Notes: a model not told the origin generated them from the sequence alone. A DNA stretch of 64,000 nucleotides from Dehalococcoidia bacterium (GCA_965199995.1 OZ241328.1:2060627-2124626); one strand, 5' to 3'. Positions 1-9,248 are shown, counted from the stretch's first letter. Translations and numbers: made by a program.

Positions 1-173
1 GCGACACCGGCCATATCGCCATACCCGGCCCACCCTATGAGCTGTCCGGCTCCGAAGTTTCTCCCTCTCGCCCAGCGCCTGCCTTGGGTCAGCATAACAG
101 CGAAGTCTACTGCGGCGAGCTGGGCTACTCCCCCGGAGAGGTGGCCCAGCTCTACCGCGCCAGAATTATCTGA
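1..173 (+). CDS. CaiB/BaiF (family III) CoA-transferase, C-terminal fragment; 5' end lies outside the window
   Basis: Frame 3 reads ...PALGQHNSEVYCGELGYSPGEVAQLYRARII*, the same C-terminal LG(Q/E)HN...LG.S..E motif seen in the full-length paralogues at 1099, 4087 and 5954. Confidence 0.7.
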   Translation, partial: DTGHIAIPGPPYELSGSEVSPSRPAPALGQHNSEVYCGELGYSPGEVAQLYRARII

Positions 174-271
174 CCAGCGGCGCTTCTCTAGGAAAGCCCC
201 GGCTATGCTTCCATCCCCATAATCCGGCGTTCCCTGCGCGTGCCGGCAATGCGTTACCGTCCCCCATCGCC

Positions 272-372
272 CCCGCCTCTCTTCGTCATTCCCGCGAAAG
301 CGGGAACCCACGCGCTTCGTCATTCCCGCCTCTCTTCGCCATTCCCGCGAAAGCGGGAACCCACGCGCTTCG
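272..372. repeat. Tandem direct repeat (2 units, 53-bp period), each unit holding the hairpin core TTCCCGC-GAAA-GCGGGAA
   Basis: Units CCCGCCTCTCTTCG(T/C)CATTCCCGCGAAAGCGGGAACCCACGCGCTTCG at 272-319 and 325-372. Hairpin cores at 289-306 and 342-359. Confidence 0.9.
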
Positions 373-496
373 ATGCCAAGAACTGTTTCTGCGGCTGGGT
401 TATACTAGATATGCCAAGCCGCCCGGCGCGCCCTATGCCCTGCGCTGCGGCAACAACAGTGCAGCCGTTAGCTATCTGTCATTGGAAGGTTGAACT

Positions 497-1081
497 ATGG
501 TTAGCAGCGATCCATATCCGGTGCAACTCGTTGGAAGTTATCAAGGGCAAGTCAACCGTTTCCTGTGGCTCATCAAGTGGATTCTTGTCATCCCTCACAT
601 CATCGTTCTATGGCTCTTATCCCTCCCAGTCCTGCTTACCACTCCCATCGCCTGGCTAGCCGTGATAATCCTCGGCCGCTATCCGCCGTTACTGTGGAGC
701 TACCACGTCGGCCTCCTGCGCTGGGGTTGGCGAGTCAATTTCTATGCCTACGAAGTTGGAAACACCGACCAGTACCCACCCTTTTCCTTCGCCTCCCGCG
801 AAGACTATCCCGCGGACCTGGCAGTCGAATTCCCTGCCAATTCTTCGCGCCTTACTGCCTTGTTCCGCTGGCTGCTTATCATCCCTCACTGGATTGTCAC
901 CGCGATACTCACTGAAATCGTAGGCATCCTAGTGTTGTTCGCCCTGATAATTCTGCTTTTCTCAGGCCGCTACCCCGAAGGGCTATTCAACATCGTAATG
1001 GGAATGAACCGTTGGATCTACCGCGTCAACGCCTACGGCTGGCTGCTGGCGGACAAATATCCCCCCTTCAGCTTTGACTAG
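497..1081 (+). CDS. DUF4389-like integral membrane protein
   Basis: 194-aa ORF with two similar halves, each containing IPH.IV, GRYP and YPPFSF motifs and hydrophobic helices. Confidence 0.55.
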   Translation: MVSSDPYPVQLVGSYQGQVNRFLWLIKWILVIPHIIVLWLLSLPVLLTTPIAWLAVIILGRYPPLLWSYHVGLLRWGWRVNFYAYEVGNTDQYPPFSFASREDYPADLAVEFPANSSRLTALFRWLLIIPHWIVTAILTEIVGILVLFALIILLFSGRYPEGLFNIVMGMNRWIYRVNAYGWLLADKYPPFSFD

Positions 1082-1098
1082 GCCGCAAGGATTCCGAA

Positions 1099-2349
1099 AT
1101 GACATTAGACGCCGACAGCGGACAACCCGGCCCCCTGACGGGTTATCGCGTCCTCGACTTCGGCTGGGTGCTGGCCGGAGCCGTGCCGGGAATGATTCTG
1201 GCCGACATGGGGGCCGCGGTCATAAAGGTCGAAACCCGTCAGCGCATGGACTATATGCGACTAGGGCGCCCCATCACCGGTGACCGGCCCGACCCGGAAC
1301 AAAACCCCATGTTCCACAACGTGAACCGGGGCAAACGAAGCATCACCCTGAACACCACCCGCCCAGAGGCCGTCGAACTGGCCCGCCGCCTAGCCTCGGA
1401 ATGCGACGTAGTCATCGAAAACTTCTCTCCGGGCGTGATGGCCCGCATCGGGCTGGGCTACAGCGCCCTCAGCCGCGACAACCCCGGGCTGATAATGGCA
1501 TCTATCACCTCCAACGGCCAGACCGGGCCGCTGCGCGACCTTCGCGCCTACGCTCCTTCCACCGGCGCAATGTCCGGGCTAGACAGCGTTATGGGCTACG
1601 AACCCGCGGAGGGCGAGGCCGGGCGCCCTCTTGGTCTGAAGCACGCCTACGCCGACATCTGCGGCGCGCTCCACGCCGTCTTTGCTATCACCGCCGCCCT
1701 GCGTCAACGGCAGCTAACCGGGCAGGGCCAGTACATTGACGTTTCCATGCTCCGAGCCACCGTTGCCACCATGGGCGCCGGGCTGATGGAATACGAACTC
1801 ACGGGCCGCGTTCCCCAGCCGAGGGGGAACTACGACCCGGTGATGGCCCCCTACGGCAACTATCCCTGCCAAGGAGAAGACGCCTGGCTTTCCATCGCCG
1901 TGCGCACGGAACCGGAGTGGCGCGGATTGACGGCGGCCATGGGCAATCCCTCTTGGGCCGCAGAGCCGATTTTCGCCAGCCGCTATGCCCGCCTAAACCA
2001 CCGCCGGGAGATGGATGTCCGAGTGTCTGAATGGACGCGGGAGCGGGAGCCGTGGGCAGCCGCCGAATTGCTCCAGTCCCATGGCGTCGCCGCCTTCCCG
2101 GTGCTGGACGCCGAAGGGCGCCTGTTCAACCCTCACTTCCAAGAGCGCGGGCTGTATTCCGACATCGAACACCCCGCTCTGGGAATCGAACCCATCTTCA
2201 ACTTGATGTGGCAGTTAAGCCGAACCCCGCCCCGTATCCGGCGCCACGCTCCCTTGCTAGGAGAACACAACCGCGACGTATTCTGCGGCCTGCTGGGCCT
2301 CGATGAGGCCGAACTGTCGCGGCTGGAAGACGAGCAGGTAATCTGGTGA
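1099..2349 (+). CDS. CaiB/BaiF family CoA-transferase
   Basis: 416 aa. N-terminal GYRVLDFGWVLAGA...VIKVE, central ENFSPGVMARIGLGY, YADICGAL...GQGQYIDVS, C-terminal LGEHN. Confidence 0.85.
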   Translation: MTLDADSGQPGPLTGYRVLDFGWVLAGAVPGMILADMGAAVIKVETRQRMDYMRLGRPITGDRPDPEQNPMFHNVNRGKRSITLNTTRPEAVELARRLASECDVVIENFSPGVMARIGLGYSALSRDNPGLIMASITSNGQTGPLRDLRAYAPSTGAMSGLDSVMGYEPAEGEAGRPLGLKHAYADICGALHAVFAITAALRQRQLTGQGQYIDVSMLRATVATMGAGLMEYELTGRVPQPRGNYDPVMAPYGNYPCQGEDAWLSIAVRTEPEWRGLTAAMGNPSWAAEPIFASRYARLNHRREMDVRVSEWTREREPWAAAELLQSHGVAAFPVLDAEGRLFNPHFQERGLYSDIEHPALGIEPIFNLMWQLSRTPPRIRRHAPLLGEHNRDVFCGLLGLDEAELSRLEDEQVIW

Positions 2350-2374
2350 CAGGCCCACCAACGGAGATTAACCC

Positions 2375-3610
2375 ATGACCAGCCAGAATGAACACGAGCG
2401 CGTAGTCGAAACCCTGCCGGAGGTTGAGGACGGCATATCCCCCGAAGCCATCGCCCGCGCCAAAGCGATGATTGGCGCGCGGATGCGCACCGAGAACTTT
2501 GTCCGCGACGCTTCCTTGGGCGCACTCCTTAACTTCGTTAACGGCATTGGCGACACCAACCCCATATTCCGCGACCAAGAATACGCCGCTTACTCCAAGT
2601 ACGGCTCCATTATCGGCCACCCTTGCGCCCCTTATATGCGCCACTGGTCCGGGCGCACCCGCTGGGGACTACCGGGAGTCCACGGCTTTTTCGCCGGCAA
2701 TGACTGGGAATTTTTCCGCAACATCCGCCCCGGCGATGCCGTCAACTGCGTCGAGCGAGTTCTGGATGTGCAGGAACGCCAAAGCCGCTACTCGGAGACG
2801 CTGGTCCTTCAGTTCGTAGAGACCATCTACACCAACCAGCGCGATGAGGCAGTCGCCCGGGTTGTCGGCTGGTGCACCCGCCACCAGCGCCGCGCTTCCC
2901 GCCAGCGAGGCAAGTACGCCAGCGTCCCCCGGCGCCACGAATACACGCCCGAAGAGCTGGAAGCCATCGACCAGCAGGTGTTGGCGGAAAAGGCCCGGGG
3001 CGGCCAAACCCGCTATTACGAAGACACCCACATCGGCGAAGAACTCGAGCCTGTGGTGCGAGGCCCCCTGTCCTTGCAGGACGTTTCCGCCTTTTTGGTA
3101 GGCACCGGGCGCTCCAGCGCCCACGGCGTGCTGCTGCGGGAGGCACTGCGGCACCCCGACCACTTCTTCCGCAACCCTGAGGCCGGCGGCGGCTTGGAAT
3201 ACACCGGCATCGGCCACCTGCGAGACTCGGTAGCCGAGGCTGTCGGCGTTCCCGGCGCCTACGACTATGGCCCTCAGCGGGTATCGTGGATGGGAACCCT
3301 GGTCACCAACTGGATGGGCGATGACGCCTTCTTAAAGCGTCTGCGAGTCGAATGTCGCCGCTTCAACGTCTACGGCGACACCCAGTGGTGCAAGGGCCGC
3401 GTCACCGGCAAGCGCATCCATGCCGGCGCTCCCTTGGTGGACCTGGAAATCTGGGCCGAGAACCAGCGCGGCGAAATCACCGCGCCGGGCCAGGCAACGG
3501 TTATGCTGCCTTCTCGCGACCCCCGCGTCCCCTGGTTCGCCGACGGCCATGCCCTCAGCCTGCGCGACGCACCCCAGAGCGAACAAATGCCGCCCATCCT
3601 GCCGGAGTAG
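2375..3610 (+). CDS. Double hotdog-fold (MaoC-like N- plus C-domain) acyl-CoA dehydratase/hydratase
   Basis: 411 aa. N-half NFVNGIGDTNPIFRD and a C-half hotdog-like segment. It sits between two CoA-transferases. Confidence 0.55.
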   Translation: MTSQNEHERVVETLPEVEDGISPEAIARAKAMIGARMRTENFVRDASLGALLNFVNGIGDTNPIFRDQEYAAYSKYGSIIGHPCAPYMRHWSGRTRWGLPGVHGFFAGNDWEFFRNIRPGDAVNCVERVLDVQERQSRYSETLVLQFVETIYTNQRDEAVARVVGWCTRHQRRASRQRGKYASVPRRHEYTPEELEAIDQQVLAEKARGGQTRYYEDTHIGEELEPVVRGPLSLQDVSAFLVGTGRSSAHGVLLREALRHPDHFFRNPEAGGGLEYTGIGHLRDSVAEAVGVPGAYDYGPQRVSWMGTLVTNWMGDDAFLKRLRVECRRFNVYGDTQWCKGRVTGKRIHAGAPLVDLEIWAENQRGEITAPGQATVMLPSRDPRVPWFADGHALSLRDAPQSEQMPPILPE

Positions 3611-3699
3611 CGGCCTCTATCCGGCATCATCGCCAGTCAGGCACACGGCAGTAGCCTGATGCAGGAGCATCTTCCAAACCATAATCGGGGAGGGCTGTA

Positions 3700-4076
3700 A
3701 TAGGACGAACATTTGTAGAGGGAACGATTACTGGCGCATTCGGGACTAGGCGATACAATTTCTTCGTTGACACCGGCTCGGCCTTTATGGGCCTGCCGAT
3801 GGAGGAAATCGAGACCCGGGCCTAGAGATAATTCCCAACGGCCGTAGGCCCTTTATGACTGCCAACGGTATCACGAAATTCGACACCTTTCACATCAAAG
3901 GTGAAATTCGTGGCCGGGGTTTTGCCGGAATGGTCGCGCCCTGCCCCATCCCGCTGGTAGGCTACGAGATGCTGCAAAATATGCGGCTGCGGGTCAATCC
4001 CGTTAGCGAAGAAGTAGAAGAAGTGCCCGACGACGAGATTCACTCTCAATACATGATAAGCAGTTTCAGCTATTAG
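3700..4076 (+). pseudogene. Retropepsin-like (clan AA) aspartic protease, frame-disrupted paralogue of the 50599-50973 gene
   Basis: Frame 1 reads IGRTFVEGTITGAFGTRRYNFFVDTGSAFMGLPMEEIETRA* (stop 3823-3825). Frame 0 continues GLEIIPNGRRPFMTANGITKFDTFHIKGEIRGRGF...LVGYEMLQNMRLRVNP. One missing base in the CCCGGG tract (3814-3821) would join them. No canonical start codon; ATA at 3700 lies after a GGAGGG. Confidence 0.6.
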
Positions 4077-4086
4077 GGGCATTGGG

Positions 4087-5310
4087 ATGACAACCCCATC
4101 TATGGCAAATACGCCCGCCGCCCTTGCTGGTCTGCGCGTGCTGGAGCTGGGCGGCATGGTCGCCGTCCCCTACTGCGGCAAGCTGCTCGCCTCGCTAGGG
4201 GCGGATGTCGTGAAACTTGAGCCGCCCAAGTCTGGCGACCCGTCCCGCCGCCGGGGGCCTTTCCCCAGCGATGCGCCCCACCCGGAACGCAGCGGGACGT
4301 TCCTGTACCTGAACACCGGCAAACGCGGCATTACTCTGGCCGTTGACGACCCGCAAGGCCGCGAGATGCTGCGCCGCTTGGCCGCCGACGCCGACGTCAT
4401 CATCCACGACTCCTCGCCATCTCTGGCCGTAGAGCGCGGGCTGGAACAGCAAAGGCTGGCCGAGGGCAACCCTCGCCTCGTAGTCGCCGCAATAACTCCC
4501 TTCGGCTCCGCAGGCCCCAACGCCGGATATGTCGCCCATGACGGGAACGTGTTTCACGCCGGCGGAGAGGGCAACCTGCTCCCCAACGGATTGGCCCTCG
4601 ATACCTTCCCGGAACGCGCCCCCATCGCGGCCGGGGGGATGATGGCATCCTACCAGGGTGGGCTGACCGCCGCCGTAGGCCTGCTGGGAGCCGTAATTGC
4701 CCAAAGGAACGGGGAACCGGGGCAGTCCCTGGACTGCTCGATGCAGGAGGCCCAACTAGCCATCGGCTATCTGCCCATCCAAAGGCTGGAAGCCGAAGAT
4801 TTCGTGGAAACGCGGTTCTCCCGCTTCTTCAGAGTGGGCGGTGTTCTCCCGGCCGCCGACGGCTACGTGGAGCTACTGACCCTCGAACCACGCCAGTGGG
4901 AAGGGCTGGCTCGCCTGCTGGGGGAACCGGAATGGGCCTCTCCCGACAAGTTCCTCGACCCGGCAACCCACGGCCCTGCCATTAACGAAAACCTGCGCCG
5001 GTGGAGCACCGGGCATACCCGGGAATGGCTGTACCGCGAAGGCCAGGCCCACGGCGTTCCTATCGCGCCCTATTTGACTCCCAAAGAGGTGTTCGACAGC
5101 CCGCAGCAACGGGAGCGGGGCTACTACCAGGAAGTCGAACACCCCTCGGCGGGCAGCTACGATTATGCCGCCCTGCCCATACGCATGACCGAGACGCCGC
5201 CCACCCTGCGCCGCGCCCCTCTGCTGGGCGAGCACAATGCCGAGATTTACGGAGAGCTGGGCTATTCGCCGGAAGCGCTGACCATGCTCGCCAGGGCCGA
5301 GGTCATCTGA
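4087..5310 (+). CDS. CaiB/BaiF family CoA-transferase
   Basis: 407 aa. LAGLRVLELGGMVAVPYCGKLLASLGADVVKLE, C-terminal PLLGEHNAEIYGELGYS. Confidence 0.85.
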   Translation: MTTPSMANTPAALAGLRVLELGGMVAVPYCGKLLASLGADVVKLEPPKSGDPSRRRGPFPSDAPHPERSGTFLYLNTGKRGITLAVDDPQGREMLRRLAADADVIIHDSSPSLAVERGLEQQRLAEGNPRLVVAAITPFGSAGPNAGYVAHDGNVFHAGGEGNLLPNGLALDTFPERAPIAAGGMMASYQGGLTAAVGLLGAVIAQRNGEPGQSLDCSMQEAQLAIGYLPIQRLEAEDFVETRFSRFFRVGGVLPAADGYVELLTLEPRQWEGLARLLGEPEWASPDKFLDPATHGPAINENLRRWSTGHTREWLYREGQAHGVPIAPYLTPKEVFDSPQQRERGYYQEVEHPSAGSYDYAALPIRMTETPPTLRRAPLLGEHNAEIYGELGYSPEALTMLARAEVI

Positions 5311-5335
5311 TGCCGTCGGAAAAGCGGGGCGGCCA

Positions 5336-5914
5336 GTGAAATCCAGCCTCTACCTGCTCATCGGCTTCATCGGAGTGATTCTGGTCATCGAGGCGCTGAA
5401 CCACTTCATGGACCACTCCCTCAACGCCTGGGGCCTGGGGCCGCGCACTACCTTGGGCCTGGCCGGCATATTCACCAGTCCCTTTCTTCACGCAAGCTAT
5501 CTCCACGTCCAATCAAACTCCGTCGGCCTGTTGGCCTTGGGAACCCTGGCGGTCATACGCAGCGAAAACCGCTTCCCGGCCATTTGCCTCATCATCATCC
5601 TGGCCGGTGGCCTGGGCGTGTGGGTGGTGGGCCGGACAGCCACCCACGTCGGGGCCAGCGGCCTCGTGTTCGGCTTGTTCGGCTACCTGCTCGTTCGAGG
5701 CGTACTGGACAGAAGCATTCTCTCGGTTCTCGTGGCCGTCGTAGTTGTCGGCGTATTCGGCTGGATAATCTTACCCGGAGTTCTGCCCACCAACGCCTAC
5801 GTATCCTGGGAAGGCCATATATGCGGCTTGGCGGCTGGGGCGTTGGCCGCCATAATAGCCGGCAAGCGTCAGGCCCCCGTCAAACAGGACGCGGTGCCCC
5901 GTCCGCTTGCTTAA
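5336..5914 (+). CDS. Rhomboid family intramembrane serine protease
   Basis: 192 aa with multiple TM helices. FLHASYLHVQSN, GASGLVFGLFGY (catalytic Ser) and WEGHICGLAAG (His) motifs. GTG start. Confidence 0.75.
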   Translation: MKSSLYLLIGFIGVILVIEALNHFMDHSLNAWGLGPRTTLGLAGIFTSPFLHASYLHVQSNSVGLLALGTLAVIRSENRFPAICLIIILAGGLGVWVVGRTATHVGASGLVFGLFGYLLVRGVLDRSILSVLVAVVVVGVFGWIILPGVLPTNAYVSWEGHICGLAAGALAAIIAGKRQAPVKQDAVPRPLA

Positions 5915-5953
5915 GCCGACACCCTGCTGGCCTGCCAGGGCCGAGGTAAGCTA

Positions 5954-7184
5954 ATGCAACCAAATTGCGCAAACAGGCAAGACAACCGCCCAGGGCCGCT
6001 GGCCGGCATCCGCGTCGCCGACTTTTCGGTTCACGCCGCCGGGCCTTTCGCCGGGCTAATGCTCGCCGAGATGGGAGCCCAGGTCATCAAGATTGAAAGC
6101 TCCGCCCGCCTCGACATCACCCGCCGCCCCCATGCCATGTACGGCAAGCCGCCTTCCAGCTTCGAGCAGATAAACGCCAACAAGCTGTCGGTATGCCTTA
6201 ACCTCAAGGAACCCCGGGCCGTCGAGCTGGCCCTGGAACTGGTCAGCGTGTCCGAACTGGTCCTGGAAAACTTCCGTCCGGGCGTGTTAAGCCGACTGGG
6301 GCTAGGCTATGAAGCCATGCGAGAGGTTCGGCCCGACATTATCCTTGTATCGTTGTCTTCCAACGGGCAGACCGGTCCTGAAAGCAACTACGCTGGGTAC
6401 GCCCCCATGTTCTCAGCCCTCGGCGGACTGGGCCACCTGACCGGCTATGCCGACGGCCCGCCCGTCGAACTGCGCCACGCAATGGACCACACCGGCGGAA
6501 TGCTGGCCGCTTTTTGCCGCTGTAACCGCCCTGTCGGCTCGGCAGCGCACCGGAATAGGGCAGCACGCGGACGTTTCGGTGCGAGACTTGGCTACATCCT
6601 TTATCGGGGCGGAACTGCTGGACGTAGCCATGAACTCCCGAGAGCCGCACCGAAACGGCAACCGGGATGCCTCGGCGGCCCCTCAAGGGGTTTATCCCTG
6701 TATGGGGAAGGATAAATGGGTCAGCATATCGGTAGCGTCAGAAGCCGAATGGCAAGGCTTCGTATCGGCCCTCGGCTCCCCGGAATGGGCTTCCGGCGAC
6801 CAGTTCGGCGACGCTTTCCGGCGCTGGCGCCGACACGACGAACTGGACGCCTTCATCTCAGAGTGGACGGCGCGGCACACCGCCGCAGACGTTACGCAAA
6901 AACTCCAAGGCCGGGGGGTTGCCGCCTTTCCGTCCCTGCCCCCGGATGGGATGATGCAGGAGATGCACCTGCTGGCTCGCAATGCCTTCCCTGCGATTCA
7001 GAACGAAGACACCGGAGAGCGGCAACGGGCCGTGACCCCGCCCTGGCGTTTCTCCCGAACTCCCGCTCGCATAGACCGCTGGACTCCGACTCTGGGGCAG
7101 CACAATATGGATGTTTTCTCCGGCATTCTTGGTCTTCCCGAAGCCGAAGTTCAGGAACTGGAGCAGGCGCAAGTTATTTGGTAA
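5954..7184 (+). pseudogene. CaiB/BaiF family CoA-transferase interrupted by a single frameshift in a T5 run
   Basis: ORF 5954.. reads normally to ...HTGGMLAAF, then nonsense. ORF 6447..7184 in the next frame resumes FAAVTALSARQRTGIGQHADVSV...LGQHNMDVFSGILGL. The junction is at TTTTT 6511-6515, where one extra T breaks the frame. Confidence 0.8.
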
Positions 7185-7258
7185 GGCGCGCCGGGGATGA
7201 TGCAAAATCTTAGCGGCGCAGGTATTATTGCCCCAATAATTCCGCCGTTCTGGGAACT

Positions 7259-7927
7259 TTGGAGATGGACATGGCTAAGAAAGGCACCGGACTGATGATT
7301 GTGTGGGCCGACATTCCCGCCGAAATGGAAGACGACTTCAACCGCTGGTACAATGAAGAGCATCTGGCCGAGCTGCTCTCCGTTCCGGGCGTGCTGAGCG
7401 CCGCCCGCTATGAGGCCACCAGCAGTGGCCCCAAGCATATGGCCGTTTATGAACTGGAAAGCCCCGCCGTGATTGAAACCGACTCCTTCAAGAACCGCCC
7501 GCGCACCGAGTGGGGCAGCCGCGTCAGCCCCAGCATCATCGGCTCCAACTTTATGAACAACGTCTACGAAATGATTCACCCGGGGCAGCTCTCCGACACC
7601 ATCGCTGACAGCGATATGGCTCCTGCGCTCCAAATCGGGCGCATGGACGTCCCCGACGCCAGCGACGCCGAGTGGAACGAGTGGTACTCCGGCGTCTATG
7701 TTCCCAATTACGAAAAAGTGCCAGGCTGCATCCGCGGCCGCCGCTGGAAGGCCGTCCGGGGCGCCCCTTCCTACGCCACCGTCTACGAGTTTGAGGACGA
7801 AAACGTCTCCCAGACCGCCGAATGGCTACGGCAGCGGGACATTCACCCCGACAACCAACGAATGCGCGACGTTATGACCCATGCCCCAGGCTCCCCCGGC
7901 ATCTGGAAAAAGACATTCCAGCTTTAG
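7259..7927 (+). CDS. Hypothetical protein with an internal duplication (two ferredoxin-like/EthD-like halves)
   Basis: VWADIPAEMEDDFNRWYNEEHLAELLSVPGVLSAARYEA in the N-half and GRMDVPDASDAEWNEWYSGVYVPNYEKVPGCIRGRRWKA in the C-half. The start could be a downstream Met. Confidence 0.4.
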   Translation: MEMDMAKKGTGLMIVWADIPAEMEDDFNRWYNEEHLAELLSVPGVLSAARYEATSSGPKHMAVYELESPAVIETDSFKNRPRTEWGSRVSPSIIGSNFMNNVYEMIHPGQLSDTIADSDMAPALQIGRMDVPDASDAEWNEWYSGVYVPNYEKVPGCIRGRRWKAVRGAPSYATVYEFEDENVSQTAEWLRQRDIHPDNQRMRDVMTHAPGSPGIWKKTFQL

Positions 7928-7972
7928 GCACCGCATCGAGCCGCCTATCCTAAACCCCGGTGGAGGACAAGT

Positions 7973-8926
7973 ATGGAAACTGGCCTCCAACAGCAGAACG
8001 CGGGCAGGTCTCAAGGGGGAGGCGTCGGCCATCGCAGCTTAATTATCGCCCTCGTCCTGATTCTGGGCATAATGATTGCCGAGATTATCGGCGGACTGCT
8101 CACCGGCAGCTTGGCCTTGCTGTCCGACGCCGGGCATATGCTCGCCGCGGCCGCGGCCATTGCCATTGCCTTGTTCGCATCCTGGGCCGAAAACCGCCCA
8201 GCCTCCATCGAGCGCACCTTCGGCTATCATCGCGCCGAGGTAATCGGCGCCATGCTCAGCGCCCTAGCCCTCTGGCTCGTCGCCGCCTGGGTTCTCTTCG
8301 AGTCCATCAACCGACTTCGCGACCAGTCCGAACTGGAAATTCAGGGTGGCGCAATGCTGGCGCTTGGCGCCATCGGAATGGGCGTCAATCTCCTCGCCGC
8401 CCTCATCCTCCGCTGGGGCGGCCACCAAAGCGATCGGGCGGGCGACGCCATGCGGCATCTGCTGACCGACCTCCTGGCATCCATCGCCGTGGTTGTCGCC
8501 GCCGTCCTAGTGCTGGTCAACGACTGGACCATTGTAGACCCCATAGTATCCATCGGTGTTGCTGCCCTTACCGCCGCCAGCTCCTGGCGCCTGATTCTGC
8601 AAGTGTTCCATACCCTGCTGGAAGGCACTCCCGAGCACATCGACCTATACCGCCTCTGCGCCGACATCGAGGACGAACCGGGAGTCACCTTGATTCACGA
8701 CGTCCATGCTTGGAGCATCTCGGATAACTACGACGCTTTCACCGCCCATATAATTCTGGAGCCGGGGTATATCAACACTGAGGAGCTTCTCTCCCGATTA
8801 CGACGGCTGGTATACGAGAAACACGGGGTTAACCACTTGACGCTCCAATTTGAAGAATCCGCTTCTGAGTGTCTTGAAGACCATCATCTCAGCCATCTTG
8901 AAGCCATATCCCGGCCCGACGCATAG
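7973..8926 (+). CDS. Cation diffusion facilitator (CDF) family divalent metal efflux transporter
   Basis: 317 aa. LLSDAGHMLAA, FGYHRAEVIGA, six TM segments, then a C-terminal cytoplasmic domain with IHDVHAW. Confidence 0.8.
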   Translation: METGLQQQNAGRSQGGGVGHRSLIIALVLILGIMIAEIIGGLLTGSLALLSDAGHMLAAAAAIAIALFASWAENRPASIERTFGYHRAEVIGAMLSALALWLVAAWVLFESINRLRDQSELEIQGGAMLALGAIGMGVNLLAALILRWGGHQSDRAGDAMRHLLTDLLASIAVVVAAVLVLVNDWTIVDPIVSIGVAALTAASSWRLILQVFHTLLEGTPEHIDLYRLCADIEDEPGVTLIHDVHAWSISDNYDAFTAHIILEPGYINTEELLSRLRRLVYEKHGVNHLTLQFEESASECLEDHHLSHLEAISRPDA

Positions 8927-9059
8927 CTGCCCGCCTCGCAAGCCCTGACTCGCAGGGCAATCGCCTTTGAAATTTCAGACCCGTTACCCCTGCGGAAACA
9001 GGAGACCGGAAGGCGAAATTCTCTGAATTTATGCCTCACCGATATTCGATTCAGACCCT

Positions 9060-9109
9060 GGATTCCCGCTTTCGCGGGAATGACGGGGACAAGCTTCGCG
9101 GGAATCACG
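9060..9109 (-). repeat. Hairpin repeat element, inverted orientation, plus an adjacent partial copy
   Basis: 9063-9080 TTCCCGCTTTCGCGGGAA is the reverse complement of the core. The flank TGAC equals GTCA. A partial CGCGGGAATCAC lies at 9096-9107. Confidence 0.85.
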
Positions 9110-9248
9110 GGTATTAGGCCGCCCATACTCGATTGCCCGGCCCTGGCCCGCAACGGGCCGTGCGTATTTCGTCGCGGCGCGTTATACTGGAATCAGGCCC
9201 TGCGGCCCCAGTCCACCCCTTTGGGCCCAAGGCGGACGCGAGCGCGAA

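Noticed and set aside
272-372. Possible CRISPR array
   Set aside because: There are only two contiguous repeat units, no unique spacers and no cas genes. The same core recurs singly at scattered loci, which fits a REP/MITE-like element and not CRISPR.
3814-3825. Programmed -1 ribosomal frameshift in the retropepsin-like relic, by analogy with retroviral gag-pro
   Set aside because: ACC CGG GCC does not form an in-frame X XXY YYZ slippery heptamer. No obvious downstream stimulatory structure was seen, and the gene also lacks a canonical start. A 1-nt indel is the simpler explanation.
8884-9153. 89-aa ORF (…VIPAKLVPVIPAKAGIQGLNRIS…)
   Set aside because: This is a translation artefact of the hairpin repeat element, with no independent coding evidence.
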